Below are positions 49,947 through 63,367 of a DNA stretch of 64,000 bases, piece by piece. The stretch is from Lingula anatina (lineage: Eukaryota > Animalia > Brachiopoda): the NCBI GenBank assembly GCA_051362555.1, contig CM120643.1:17674848-17738847 (forward strand). The letters run 5' to 3'. Positions within the stretch are counted from its first letter, which is position 1. The number at the start of each line of letters is the position of its first letter. Both the position numbers and the translations under genes were made by a program. A model generated the notes under the pieces. The model had not been told where the DNA came from and ran no database searches. It saw only the letters and a program-made list of their open reading frames with translations.

Positions 49947-52900
49947 ATGACCAGACCGACCAAAAAAATTTGCTTCGTTTGCAGCACCCCCTACGCCACC
50001 TATATACTGTACACCAAGCCCCACAATCAGGAGCCGTTTTTCCCATTCTTGGAGAACCATGATCCACCCAAGGGCTCCACACGGCCAGGACCTCAAGGGG
50101 AGGTGGATGCATGTTTCATCTGCTACTCATTCCTAATACAACAATGGAAAAACTACGAGAAGTCTCGCACTCCATCTATCAAACGCCTGTACTGGCTGAA
50201 GAGAATGGACAACGGCCATTTCACTGGGGCTGAGATGCAGCTCCAGGGAGAGTATGCTGCACAGTTGATGGGTTTGGCCTACCACCCCCAGGGATTGGCA
50301 GCCAATATGGGATATGAAGAGGGGGTGGGGGTGCAGTATAGCCAACCCACCCCACCAGCGATGCCCCAGGGGCATAAACCCCCTGGGTACCCAGTACCCC
50401 CAGCTTTCGTCAATGAAGAGAAAACCAGCAATGCATTAGATTTGTCCTCTCAACCTCCTTGTAAAAAACCTGAATCCCTGATGCCAAAGAATAGCCAACC
50501 TTTGAAGAGGTCAAGCAGCAAGTCTTCGACCAAGTTTGATGCTGGAAAAGGCATGAGATGTTACACCTGTGGGATTGGAATTACTGAGGGTAAATCTCAT
50601 GTTATTTGCTCTAAACAGTTTAGTACTAGAATGGAACCGACTTTTCCATTCCTGGAGAAAACGTCCCCTGTAGAGGGCGCTCTTCCTCTTGACCCCTATG
50701 GGAGGACCAAAGTCTGTAATACATGTTTTGAGAATTTGCTGTCTCAGTGGCGGTACTATGAGTACACAAGGATGCCAGAAGAATCACGGGAATATAGATT
50801 ACCTGGTGACAAGAATTACCCCTTGCAGTCGTCTCAGGTTTTATCAACATATCGAGCCTCTGCCAGTGAAGTATGCTATTTGTGTGGTAGTGTCCAGGAT
50901 TCGACAACACTGAAACGGCTCAGTGTGCACCCATCTGAAGAGAAATATCACATGCATTTTCCTTTCATAGCAAAGGTTCAACCTAATAGGCAAGCAAGGC
51001 CAGTTGATGCAAAGGGGCGTGTGCTTGCATGTCGCACATGTTTCCTGGCATTGAAGCAACAGTGGGAAGCTTATGAAAGTGAAGGAGTTTCCCTTAGTGA
51101 GAGGAAATATTCTCTTTCTGCTACCACATCCGTTACCTCTGACATAGTAAGAGTTAAACAAGAGAACCAACAATCAAGGTCAAATGCCATTGACCCTAAG
51201 TTGTGTAAACCTTTGAATATTGAAATCAGGGAGGAGTCACATTTGGACAAACAGCGTACTAGGTCACAAGGTCTCTTAGCTATTGCCCCAACTGCCCTCA
51301 CTCCTCACCCTCGATCTCCATCATCAAGTCTCAGCAGCTCTGCCAGTGCCCCTACACTGGATGCTCAACATGCATATTCGAGCCCTGACCTTCAAAGGTC
51401 AGGGGTCAGTGACCCAGTGGTGGCAAGGTCTCTTAGTGCTGAAGTAACATACACCAAAGAAAATGGATTTCAGAGTCAACAGAAAATCAGAGTGCCTTCT
51501 GAAAGTCGTTGTGAGGAGAAATTCTGTTTTGTCTGTGGTCATAGTTGCCATTCCAAGGTATACAAATTGCATGCCTATGCTTCTGAGGATTCCAGGGAAG
51601 CATTCTTTCCATTTCTTAGTAGCAGAGAACCAAGCAGGAACTGCCAAGCCATGAGCAAAGATGGCCAAGTTGATGCCTGTTGGTTTTGTTACCATTCCTT
51701 GCAAAAACAATGGTCAGTTTACGAGGCAATGGAAGCTCCACCGAATCGCTGGCTTAGATCTTACAAAACTGAAGAAATTAACTGTTTTGCCTGTAGGAGG
51801 AAAATCCAGAGAAGCCAGTTCCGGAGACTCTCTTCTAGAAAGTTCCCCATTTTGAAATCGATGCCAACCTTCCCTGAGACTCTCCTGGTGGAGGAGGGTG
51901 GTAGTGGTATTGTGTGTATGAAGTGCCATGGCTGGTTTACGGAGCAGTATGAGAGATTTCAGCAACTAGAAGTGGCTCCAGATGACATGTTTTTCAAGTT
52001 GCCAGGGGATGCAGCTCTGGTAAGTGTGTGAGTGAGGGGTAAGAATGATGGCGAGTAAAGGGGGGGGCAGTTGTGAAAGACTGAGAGTCCAGGTAAATGT
52101 ATAATAAATATAAAATAATACGAAATTAATGAATTAAGAATAATTAGAATAACACCGAAAATAGGAAGTGTTGGGAATGACTAAAACCCAATCTGCTTTG
52201 ACCACCTAGGTTTGAACATCAGATTCCCAGTACTCAGTCTGTTTGCTAAGTACAGTAATTATTCACAAAATTCAAACAGTGTTGTAAAATTATATTTCCC
52301 AAAATGACTATTCAGTGATGTAAAAATTAATTTATTTTTGAAGAAACTTATGCTTCTGCCTCTTATAGTATGCATATGACAGGGGCAGATCCAGAGATAG
52401 TTTCTGGTAGTCTTCCAAATCTTTGTTGATCCATCCTCCATTTTTGATCACTTTCAACAGAATAAATTAGATGCCTGTCAATGTAAACTTGAAAAATTCT
52501 GACAGTCTTCTGGAAGACCCAGAAGACTGCTTCCGTCCGCCCCTGCATGATCTTTCCATCATTCATTAGAGGGCCTTGATCACATGACCGACTAGTTAAC
52601 GTGAGTCAACCTGTGTTCTTTTTAACTTTTGATTCTAAACATTTTCTAAATGTAGTCCAGGGCCTTGTCAAAAAATGGTGTGTTTGTGAGGAAATTAATA
52701 TCAAAATTCACATAAAAATAAGATGTTAGAAGAAATGAGGTGTTCATGAGGAAATTGATATAAAAATCCACATAAAAATAAGATGTTAGAAGAAATGAGG
52801 TGTTCGAAATTTCTGTTGAATTACCAGGTCCTGCCACCCAGGTGCAGTTAGCAGTTCAATTCAGCTCCTTTCCCAGGTAAAATTGATTTCAGCGCACAAC

Positions 52901-55900
52901 TTTATTCATCGCAGTCACTGACTCGTACATTAGAATAAGAAGAATGTGTCCATGTTGGTTGTTCAGCCGTGACCAGGGCTAACTGCCTTAATGTGGTTCT
53001 GACATGTTAGCAGGTGCTTTTGCCTTTTGTTTTTTGCCTGGCTTTGAAGTGCAGAAGTTGATATATGTAAATGCAGTGGTTGTTCCTGGTTTATACTGAA
53101 AGGATGTAATCATGTTGCTGAGAGAAGGGGATTGGGGGGGGGGGGGGTTTAGGGAGTATTATTTCTGGTATTAAAAAAATAGCTTGGACTAAATGAGGGA
53201 ACAGGTGCTCTGGGTGCTATGTTTGCCCAGGTTTTAGTCACAAAGGTAGACATGAATGTTTGAAGGTCAGAGACAGGAGTTAACTCAATGAAAGGATCCC
53301 TGGGAAGAGATCTATAGACCCGTTTACCTTATGGATGTATTGAAATCATTTCTTGAAAAGATAAACATGATGTTAACAGGTGCTTTATAGGTGCTGTTTT
53401 TTATTATTGAATCAGGCGCGCACAATAATTGGTTGACAAAAAGAAAAAAAGATTTGTACAAATTCACTTGCCCCCCCCCCCCCCCCCACCTTGTTTCACT
53501 CAAGTGAATATGCTTACCTTATCTCCTTATTGCAATATTTTGGAGGTTAGTGTAGTGTAATCTGTTGATCTGTGCTTTGTTTTTGCTCAGTGGCTTGTTG
53601 TACGAAATTACTATTGAAGTAAAACAGTGATAGGTCTTAGCAAAGTTTTATGTCCCAGAAGAATCGGTTAAGTTTCCAGCTGTGTCTTTTGGGCCAATTG
53701 TGATTGTCTGCCCCTTCAGGTATATCACCTGTATTTAATGTATGGGATAATCAGATGTCAAACACTCTCAGAATATTATAAAAAGATTAACTGAAATCTT
53801 ATTAATAAACAAGCCTCAAATCCTTTGGTAGTGCACTGGGAGTGGGGTGCTTTTATGACAGTGGTAATAAATATAGTAGATTCATGACTTGGAAAATGGT
53901 AAGGCGCCATAGTGGATGTGAAAAACATTTGTTTCTTTAGCTTAAGTGGATGCTGTGTCACTTTGCAGTGACATCTGAGTGACAAACATGAAGCAGCAGC
54001 AGTATAATTAATTAAATTGTTACTGAGTGAAGACAGTTGTTTTTGGATGCTTAGGGAAAGTTTTGTGTAAAACTAAATGCACATGTACATGCAGGCACTG
54101 AAAGTTTTCGAAGACACCCCAGTGATTTTTAGCAAAAATTTTTCTGTTCCTGTGGGAAAGTTTTGTCACCTTTTTCCCTAGACATCTATGTATGTGTTTG
54201 TGATGTCTGTATATTAAAAAAAAAAAAAAACTGTCAGCATCTGTGAATATCTGTATGGGGCTGCCCTTGTTCAGTTCAGGGAGGGCATGTTGCACAGATC
54301 AGTTCGTCTGCTGAGCTTCCTGAAACATCTGGTGACCTTCTGCTGGAAAGGGAATTTTGCACCTGAATGAGCAGATGTTCACCACTAAGCACTTCCATAC
54401 TTGTTGACCTCTGACCTCCGTAAACATTAACTCCCAGTCAAATAAACCTTTTCCTAAAAATCAATTTAAGTTGCAGACTACTAGCTGTCATCACAGTGAA
54501 TGGATTTCAATTATAACAAATGTTGTGGACTAGTCTCCTCATTCAATTGATATTTTGTTAGTAAGAAATTAACTATTTTATGTTACTGCATACAATATAT
54601 ATACTAGTATATATACCGCTAGTATAAATTAAAAAAAGGTTTTATCATATATGTAAAAGCTGCAGATGTTGTGCAGTTTTGTGTAATTCTAAAAGACTGA
54701 AAATGTTCTGTCAGTTAATTCATGCCTTTAGTGAGGTACACTAATATAATCAATTCATGAATTTTTAATCTATTATTGCACCCACAGTTTGTGGAAAAAA
54801 TGAAGACATTTTAACAATGCATGTTACGAAGGTGCAGGAATAGACCAAAAATATCAGCTTTTCAGTGCCCTTGTAAACACACAGTATTTAAAAGTTCAGA
54901 GTGCCTGTCTCCTCTGAACATTGAATACTACAGGCACAGGGAAGCAGGTGGTCCAGTATCATATGTCACCAAGTTGACCCCAAAGCAGACGGAAAGACAA
55001 CAAGAAGATGAAAGGGCAGTATGTTAAAAGCTCAAAGAACAGACTCCAGCTCACATTGTCACTAGAAAAATAAGAAAATTGATAAAATTAAACCTTCAAT
55101 AGAACTGTTTTAGCTGTTTGTTATGATTTGATAATATGGGTTTGTAATAGGAATACAAATATAAAGTGTTTTTTATACAAATTTATTCAAGCATTTTAAG
55201 CTGTTACAGGAGAGACCAACAGATCTCAGTGTCATACCAGTAATTTTAAATCATACAAGTACCCATGGGCTATGATTTTCTAAAACAAAAACATTAATTC
55301 AGAGTAAATTATTGCAAATGTATTCATTTCTTATCCTCATATATGTCTCCATTCCCTTCCCCAGTTTGCAAGTAAATTTTATTTAGCCAGTGTGGTATGA
55401 AATCAGATATATAAATAGAGATATCAATATCATTGTTAGCGTAAATGGAAGTTTTGTGTTTTTTCACCTGTTTACCTCAAACATCTCATACAAGAAGTGG
55501 GAAGACGGGGGCAACACTTCAGTGCCGATAAAAAGAAAGAAAAAAAATCTATACAAAAGGAAACCTATAGTGAATAGGGGATGTCATTGTAAAGAAATAA
55601 TTTTTCCCTATCTGTCTCATTTCATTTACCACAAAACAACTCACAAGCCAATTTAAATTCAGGCAGACGACATTAAGCACTTATTGCACCTGCTAACATT
55701 ACATACAAGGTGTGCGACCCTTAAATCAATATCGCATCAGAAGAGTATTCCTGCATCTTCCATTTGTCGGGTGAATCCCATTAATTTGTCTACGCCTCAA
55801 TGCTCCCCCCCCTGCCGTTGCCATTGTGCCAGTTTGGCAAATGTTTTTACCTGTGTTCACAGCACCTGGAGATATTACAATCACTGGGGACACTATATAT

Positions 55901-56988
55901 ATATAGTCAGCTGAAATTGCGTGTTTTACAGCCTGCACCAGGAAACTATAAATGAGATGAAATTGCATGTTTAAGAGACTACACTAGAGCATTAGCCAAA
56001 CAACTGTTTAGCCTTCTTTTGGCTTCCCTATGTTATGATTCAGAAAGTTATTTTGTTTTTTTAGATTTTCATTATTGAAGCATTTGGACCCTTAATGGCC
56101 TGTCTCAGTAAGAAAACGAATTTGAAACTTCTTAATATTTCAAAATACTTACTCCTTGGCTACAATCATCTCTGTTCATTGCCAGAGATTTTTTTGTGGA
56201 AGAAAAGTAATGGGAGAACTGAGGGAAAAGAAGGAAAAAAAGTATAGAAGATAGCCAATATAAAGTGAAAGTGCCATCCATGGAGATTTGTAAGATTTTA
56301 ATTAGTACAGTTTTTTTAAGTAGAGTTGATGAAATGTTTTTACTGTATATATCAGACAATCAGGGTTTCAAAATACTAACAATAACTGCAGTCAACCCCA
56401 GCATATACTGTGATTTAAAAGTGGCAATAACCAAGTGCTTATGATGGATATATCAGTATCCATCAGATTTTGAAACACAGGCTGAAATACTAGTAAGTTC
56501 AGCTATCATAAAAACTGGGGCCAGTTTCAGAAAGAGCTTGCCATAGTACCCAAAAGCCATACAGAGGATTTTATTAGGTTTCTACGTTTACCTTAACCAT
56601 ATCAGACAGAAAGGATCACATGAAAAAAGGGGCAGCCTATCTTCAACAGAAACACACCTTTAAATACTGGCAGTATATCCTTTATTGTGGTCTCTTTTCA
56701 ACAGGCTTAAGAAGGATCCTAAGAAGACCACAATTATGTAGACCTGTGGGTAAACTGGATCATTGTAGATCGAGTTGGCAGGTGTGGAGGAACAGCTGTA
56801 TTGATACATAAAGATAGATATACAGGGGCGGATCCAGAGATATTTTCTGACAGTCTCAATCCGCCCCTGATATATGCTGTTTTACTGGATTTTGGATCAC
56901 AGATACTTTTTTGGTACTCACTGTATGGGCACTCTGTTGGCACATATAGTAGAAGTGGTGTTTGCGCAGGGAATATTAGTTTTGATAC

Positions 56989-57020
<32 letters not shown>

Positions 57021-57527
57021 ATGGAGGGAGTGAAGGAGAGGAGGTTTGAAAGGGTTTCAGCAATGCTCTGTTATTTAAAAATTTAAAAGATACTGACAAG
57101 TTAAAATTTTTTGTGTGGCCAGCAGACGCAATTTAGACAATAAATGAAGATCTGTAAATTTTATAAAAAGGAAATGTCTTACAACAAGCTTGTAATGGTT
57201 CAGTTATATCTGTCAGCTCTCTATATTTTGTATATTTTTGGGCACAGTAATATTAATACAAATCTTTAAGAGTATACACAAGGGGTAAAATAAAATGTAC
57301 AGTTAATCATATACACACACCAGACACAGCTGTTCACACACACACCTTACCACAATTTATTATCCTGGGGGTCTATTGTTAAGTCCTCAGTGTTAAAGCA
57401 TCTACAGAATGGCAGGTGGGCAGTGATCGGCTGACCTGTGGCCAGTGGCATAGTTTATCTGCCTGCTATTAGCTAATCAAACTACCACCTGGTGCCACTA
57501 GAACTATTTCTGGGGAGGTATTTTAAA

Positions 57528-57589
<62 letters not shown>

Positions 57590-60500
57590 GGAGGAGCATT
57601 TACATTAGGATTTTTATTTTAAATAATAATAATTTGGTTATTTATTTAGCTTTAAATGTAATACGTGTTAACCTTGTTTGTTGTCTGTGATACATAGATA
57701 GCTGCTGTTGGTTTACATTAAAGAGAGATAGATAAAGAAGTGAGTAAATCAATATTGAGAATAATTATCTTTCATTATATACAGGTTATTATTTTTTTTA
57801 TGATTGATTTTTTATTACATATTTTTTAACAAGGAAAGTGATTTTATTACTTGAGAAGTGATGTAATAGTTGCCTTTTGTACTGAAGCACAGGTTGTGAA
57901 AATGAGGAGGGTTTAGGACATTAAAAAGCAATGCATGTTCTCTCTAATTAAGGCCACACTTTTTTATTTTTATGGATGACATCCTCTGGGGACCCCAAAA
58001 TCGGTGCGAGCGGGCGAAAAAAAAAAAAAACAGTCCAAAAAAAAAAAAAAAAAAAAAAAAAACTGCTTAAGAAAAGTTATGTTTTCAGTACACAGCTGGA
58101 AACACTAATTTACCACAGAAACACGTATCAAACTAACAACATGTCTTTATCCATGCTCTCAAAATATTAAAGCATTGTGAATAGGGCCTACTTCGTAGAA
58201 AGGTAAAAAGTCATGAATATATATATGCTGCATATTACCAAATCTATTTAAGGTTATTTCATGCATTCTGTTGGTATAGCAATCAATAAAACAAATATCA
58301 AATAAACAGCGTGTCTTTATTTGTACTCTCAGAAAATTTAAGCATTGTGACCACTTCACAGAATTGTTAAAAAATGAAGCAAAGATAGGCCTATGCTTCC
58401 TACTACCAAATCTAAAAAAGGTAATTTCGGTCGATGCCATTTTGTCTACTTCGACTCACACGTAGCAGCCAACTATTGGGTGGCCTGTCCGACCTTCAGT
58501 CCACCAAATACCAAGACGCTCTTGTCGACCCTTTTTTCGCTACAAAAAAAAACCCTGGTAAGCCTATGTGCTGCTTTGGACAGAATGTCACTGAAATTTT
58601 CCGGGCGATGATTGCTGGCCGCGGCCAGCCTTTCATATAATTGTAAAAAGGTGATATCTCCATGTCCAATATCAATGGCAAACCAATCCAAAACGACGGC
58701 CCCCGTTCTCTTTATGACTTTAATTGTCGTGTATTTTGAAAGTAATGCTAGAGATGAATTTGACGGCAAAGCGGCCATATTTCCACGTGGTGATAATACG
58801 CATGCGCAGAAAGCTCATTTTCCGCACTCGGAACTACTCGGATGTCTCCACAGTCGACAATGACAGCATGGAGCTTGCGGAATTAGCCGTGGATTGCAGA
58901 TTGCATTTTCCGGCAAATTCAATAACGACGTTTGCGACAACCGACTTCCTTGGGGGGGGGGGATTTTTTTTTTTTTTTTTTTTTATGGAGAACGGATGAA
59001 AATCGGTGCGCGCGCAGGATGTCATCCATAAAATTAAAAAAGTGTGGCCTAATTGCAAATCTGTTGTGCAAACCATAGAATTGAAATTGCATGTTGAAAG
59101 TCTTAGAGTAGCCTATGGCTAAGAGGCATCTGTGTTTGAACTGCAGTGGAATTAAAGGTGTATGCTACTCACTTTAAGGTTAAGCAGATTTGAATGTGGC
59201 TCTGATTTTAGGGTGAAGTGTGTGACTGAGCTTTGTGTGAAATTGGACAAAAGGCTTTGGGTTGGTTTCTGAAAGATTGGAAACTGTTATAACAGGTTGC
59301 CCATTGAGCTATTTCTGCTGAAGATATTAAGTAAAACCCAGACAAAATAATGATATTATTAATGATAATAATTTACCAGTAGTATAAATTGTCCTGTGAT
59401 ATGTTTTGGGTTTTTCTTAGTGTCTGGAGACAAAGAACAAAACAGTGTAAGATGCCAGTAAGATCACTGTAAAGAGAAAGTATCCGTAGATTAACAGACA
59501 CATCAGACAGCAGAATTGAGGTTATTTTTTAAAAGATACTGAAGTCTTAAATCATGTACAGCAAATAGGAAGGCACCTTGTGCTTCCCTCTGGTGGTATG
59601 TTTTGAAAGTAAGCAAAGACTTGGTTGACACAACATGAGACGTGTGAGGCCCATGCCTTCATTTCCTCTAAGAGCTTTGGTCGTTGCTTACTTTGGAGCA
59701 AAAGTCTTCTTCAGGAATTTATTCATTTCAGCATCTGTAATTAAATGTGTCCAATTTCCTTTGCATTGTTCATGTTGTCGGCATACTTTGGATCAAAAAG
59801 TCTTCTGCAAGAATTTCATTTTTGCCTGAGATCTTTCTACGATATGCTGCTTGTGTTGTTATACTTAATGAAAAAAATATTTGTAGTCACTTGTCATGTC
59901 AGTTTTTTTGACAAATTTCAAATAGTAAAACATTTGGAAATAAACCGTGGAAGCATTTGACAATTTTCAGTTTGGTGGCCTCCCACATTTGGAGACCTCA
60001 GGTAAAACATAAAAATTAAAAAAAAAAATTATGGTCTAAAAAAAAAAAAAAGGAAAAGATGTCTGCTGTTTATGCTAGAAAATTTTATACTTTTATATGC
60101 TGTACAACATTAGTGCTGTTTAGCTGGGCTCCATTTTGTTTAGTTTTGCCTATGAAGCCTAAGACCTTGAGAATCTGATTATAGTTATTCAGAACTTTTT
60201 GTTACATAAAAAATTCTAACAAAATTTATTAATTTTTCCCTAAATCAATGCATTATTTCCAATACCTTAATGTTTAATGAAACTACTGAAAGTCAAGTTG
60301 CCCTTCCTTAACAGAGATTATGTTTTTGTGAGTAACAAAAATGATCAGTCTGGAAAAATTAATTAAGTTATGTAATTAGTAAGTTGTTTGATCTTTGTTG
60401 TAATTAAAAAGATTTTCAAAAATGACTAATTGTTGTTCATATCTTCTACATAACATTGATTTTATTATTTTTGTCCATCTTTAGGCACCCTCTGAAGAAA

Positions 60501-60590
60501 GCAGTCAGCCTTTGAAAAAAATCAAAACTGAACCCAAAGAGGACCAGGATGAGGAGGAACATGGGGAAAACAGCGGTGAAGGGATTTTAG
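49947..60590 (+). CDS. Plexus / invertebrate GSE1-like nuclear protein with repeated CxxC...FPFL...CxxC domains (5' part only; continues beyond window)
   Basis: Coding exon 49947-52019 (acceptor before 49834, donor CTG|GTAAGT) is in frame with exon 60485-60590 (APSEESSQPLKKIKTEPKED...). Five Cys-rich repeats, ALDLS CtBP-type motif, SUMO sites VKQE and IKTE. Probable non-coding exons end at 48241 and 48621. Family assignment is from recalled similarity. Confidence 0.75.
52380..52545. mobile_element. MITE, CAGGGGCGGAT family, 5-bp TSD
   Basis: CAGGGGCAGA...TCCGCCCCTG ends; flanks TATGA/CATGA. Confidence 0.7.
52676..52804. repeat. 60-bp tandem duplication
   Basis: TGTT..TGAGGAAATT..CACATAAAAATAAGATGTTAGAAGAAATGAGG occurs at 52681-52740 and again at 52741-52800. 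Confidence 0.9.
56823..56869. mobile_element. 47-bp internally deleted MITE of the CAGGGGCGGAT family
   Basis: Perfect 11-bp TIR CAGGGGCGGAT / ATCCGCCCCTG, ATATA TSD, and a left end nearly identical to the element at 52380. Confidence 0.85.
57530..57585. repeat. (TG)n microsatellite (similar runs at 39832-39860 AC, 43440-43466 TG, 56989-57014 GA)
   Basis: Direct reading. Confidence 0.95.
57952..59049. mobile_element. 1.1-kb non-autonomous PIF/Harbinger-like DNA transposon
   Basis: ~34-bp near-perfect TIR GGCCACACTTTTT..ATTTTTATGGATGACATCCT; TAA TSD at 57949-57951 and 59050-59052; CpG-rich interior without a credible ORF. Confidence 0.88.
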
Positions 60591-60750
60591 GTAGGAAGTT
60601 TTGTATGGTGATAGAAATACGGAAAGAGTGTGTCACAAACGTTTTCTTTTACTGGTCCTCGGGGACACCAGGGTCTAGTGACCCCTACCTTTAGTAGAAA
60701 CAGTGTCCATTTACTGAACACATGAACACAATTTTACTGACCTGGCCTAA

Positions 60751-60781
<31 letters not shown>

Positions 60782-61727
60782 ATTTTTTTTTGGGGGGGGG
60801 GGGGGTATGGGGTCATTGTTTAATGTTGCAAACTACAGTGAAATCTCAATTACGATTACTACTGAATTTAAACAAAACTATAATATATCAATCAAAACAG
60901 ATTGTTATGAGCAACACCTGGAATAAAGATGATTCACTTTGAAAACTAAATTTAATATGCAACTTAAAAGGATAAATTTTGAGATATGGATATATTGGAG
61001 TAGGTGAGGTGTAATCATGTTTCAAACTACTATGCACTGAATATTAGGAGATCCATAGTAAACTTAATTTCACATCCCCATGCATTTAGCTGGAAACGCT
61101 CATGTAATTACTGAATGTGTTAGGGGTGCTTTTCAAAACATTCTGGTTCTCAACTGTCGCAATGATTGAATCTGTTCACTGCCATCTATGTTGGTTGAGG
61201 CAGCTGACAATCCTCTTCTCTGTGAATACTTGCCTTGAATTTAAAGTAAAAAATTAACCTAGTATTCTTTGATTTTGTAACCATGAAACTGTTTTGCTCC
61301 TAAACCAGGGGTTTAGATAATCCAGGAAAATTTGACAAATACAAGTGAAATTTTTCAGAGATATTATGTCTAGTTGTTTATTTGAAGGTATCAATTTAGT
61401 AGACATTGAAATGATTCAAGCAAACAGAACATAACTGAGTTTCAGAATGCCTGGAAGCAAGGGCACCTTAACTTAAATGTTTCCTTCCTACATTTTATTG
61501 ATTATACTTCGTAAAGAGAACATGTCTCCATTGAAGCAAAAATAATGAAACCTGTTCATTTTGCTCATCAGCTCCATGTAGATTTCCTGAAGCCAAAGCC
61601 CCAGGATATTATGAAAAATGGAACGAGGTATATTAGATAGGGATTTGATGCTTAAGTAGCATTACAGACATACAGAATTGCAAGTATTCCTAGGACTGAA
61701 ATTTTTGAATGCCCTGGATTCCTATTT

Positions 61728-63130
61728 TGTTTTTATGTACAGACACAGATGTGTCTGTACATATTGCCATCACCTGCGTCTGTCGTCGCCGTCGCCGATG
61801 CCGATGGCGATGCCGATGGCGATGCCGATGCCGATGCCGATGCCGTCGCCGGCGCCGTGCACTTTCCTTGTAAACACGATAAGTGGAAAGCAGTTTCACT
61901 TTTTGGCTTTATATTTACAGAGCTGATGAATATTCATAAAACGCAGGTCAAGTTCGAAAATCAGCATGATCGGGCCATTATTGTAGAAGTTATGCTGTTT
62001 TTTCACTTTTCAGCATATATGCAACCTTGTAAACACATTTCAAGGAAAACCGTTAGGCTTGTTGTCACGAAACTCACAGGAGTAATCAATCTTACTAAAA
62101 CGCAGGTCAAGTTCGAAAATCAGCATGATCTGGCCACCATTTTAGTAGTTTTGCGGTTTTTTCATTGTTCAGCATATATGCAACACTGTAAACACAATAT
62201 AAGAAAAACAGAAAGCCCAATTGTCATTAAACTCACAGGAATGGTCAGTCTTACTAAAACGTAGGTGGAGTTCGAAAATCAGCATAATCGGGGCATTATT
62301 TTAGAAGTTATGCTGTTTTTTCACATTTCCTCAGATTTAATTCTTAGGCATCTTAAAAGCCTTATTATTTAAGTAATAAGATACGTAAAAGTGTTTGTTT
62401 GACATTTCCTGCATCTTTACAACATTGTTAGTTGATTATATAAAAATGATGGTAAACTTGTTATCATGTATTGTGTAATCAAGTGTCAAAAACGGAAATA
62501 AACTCATATCATTGCAGTTTGTCAGATTCAATCATCCACTATGTTCAGAATCTCAGAATGGAGGAAATTGGACATTTAACACTGTTCTATTGATACTTTT
62601 CTCATCTCATCAATTTTCTTAGTTGGTCATAAAAAATGGCAGTAAAATGTTTATTTTGTTTTATGTTAAAAAAGTGTTAAAAACGGAAATAAACCCATGT
62701 CAGAACAGTGCTGTCTTGTTTCACATTTCCTCAGATTCAATTCTTAGGCATGTTAACAGTCTCATTATTTAACTAATAAGACATGTTAAAGTGTTTGGTT
62801 GACATTTCCTGTATCTTTACAACATTATTAGTTGATTATGTAAAACTGAAGGTAAACTTGTTATCATGTATTGTGTAATAAAGTTTCAAAAATGGAAATA
62901 AACTCATATCATTGCAGTTTGTCAGATGCAATCATTCACTATGTTTAGAATCTCAGAATGGAGGAAATTGGACATTTAACACTGTTGTATTTATAGTTTT
63001 CCCATCTCATCAATTTTCTTAGTTGATCATATAAAGATGGCAATAACCTGTTAATTTTGTTTTATGTTAAAAAAATTGTTAAAAATGGAAAACAAAAACA
63101 TTTCAGAACAGTGCTGTCTTGTTTACATTT
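61728..63130 (+). mobile_element. Helentron/HINE-like element with hairpin, microsatellite and 159-bp core repeats (copy A)
   Basis: T-rich start, perfect hairpin TATGTACAGACAC-agat-GTGTCTGTACATA (61734-61763), (GCCGAT)n, 159-bp units at 61941/62100/62259, then a 400-bp direct repeat (62321, 62721). Confidence 0.7.
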
Positions 63131-63367
63131 TGGCATTTTCAAGTTGTGACTTTGAAGTTCCATATGGGCCTGAAGACCTTTGCTAGTCACATTTTCTGAA
63201 TATCCATGATACTAATATTTTATTATTAAAATTGATGGTCATTATGCTGTTAAACATTATGTAATATTGCATCAAAATTTGAAGAAACCCCTATTTTGGG
63301 CACTGCTCCCATGATGACCATTTAAGAAAAACAATGTCACTTACTGTTCTCAAACAGTACAGTAAAT

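Noticed and set aside
58159-59076. Cluster of short ORFs inside the TIR element as a transposase
   Set aside because: All are about 100 aa or shorter, on both strands, with no DDE or Myb/SANT motif.
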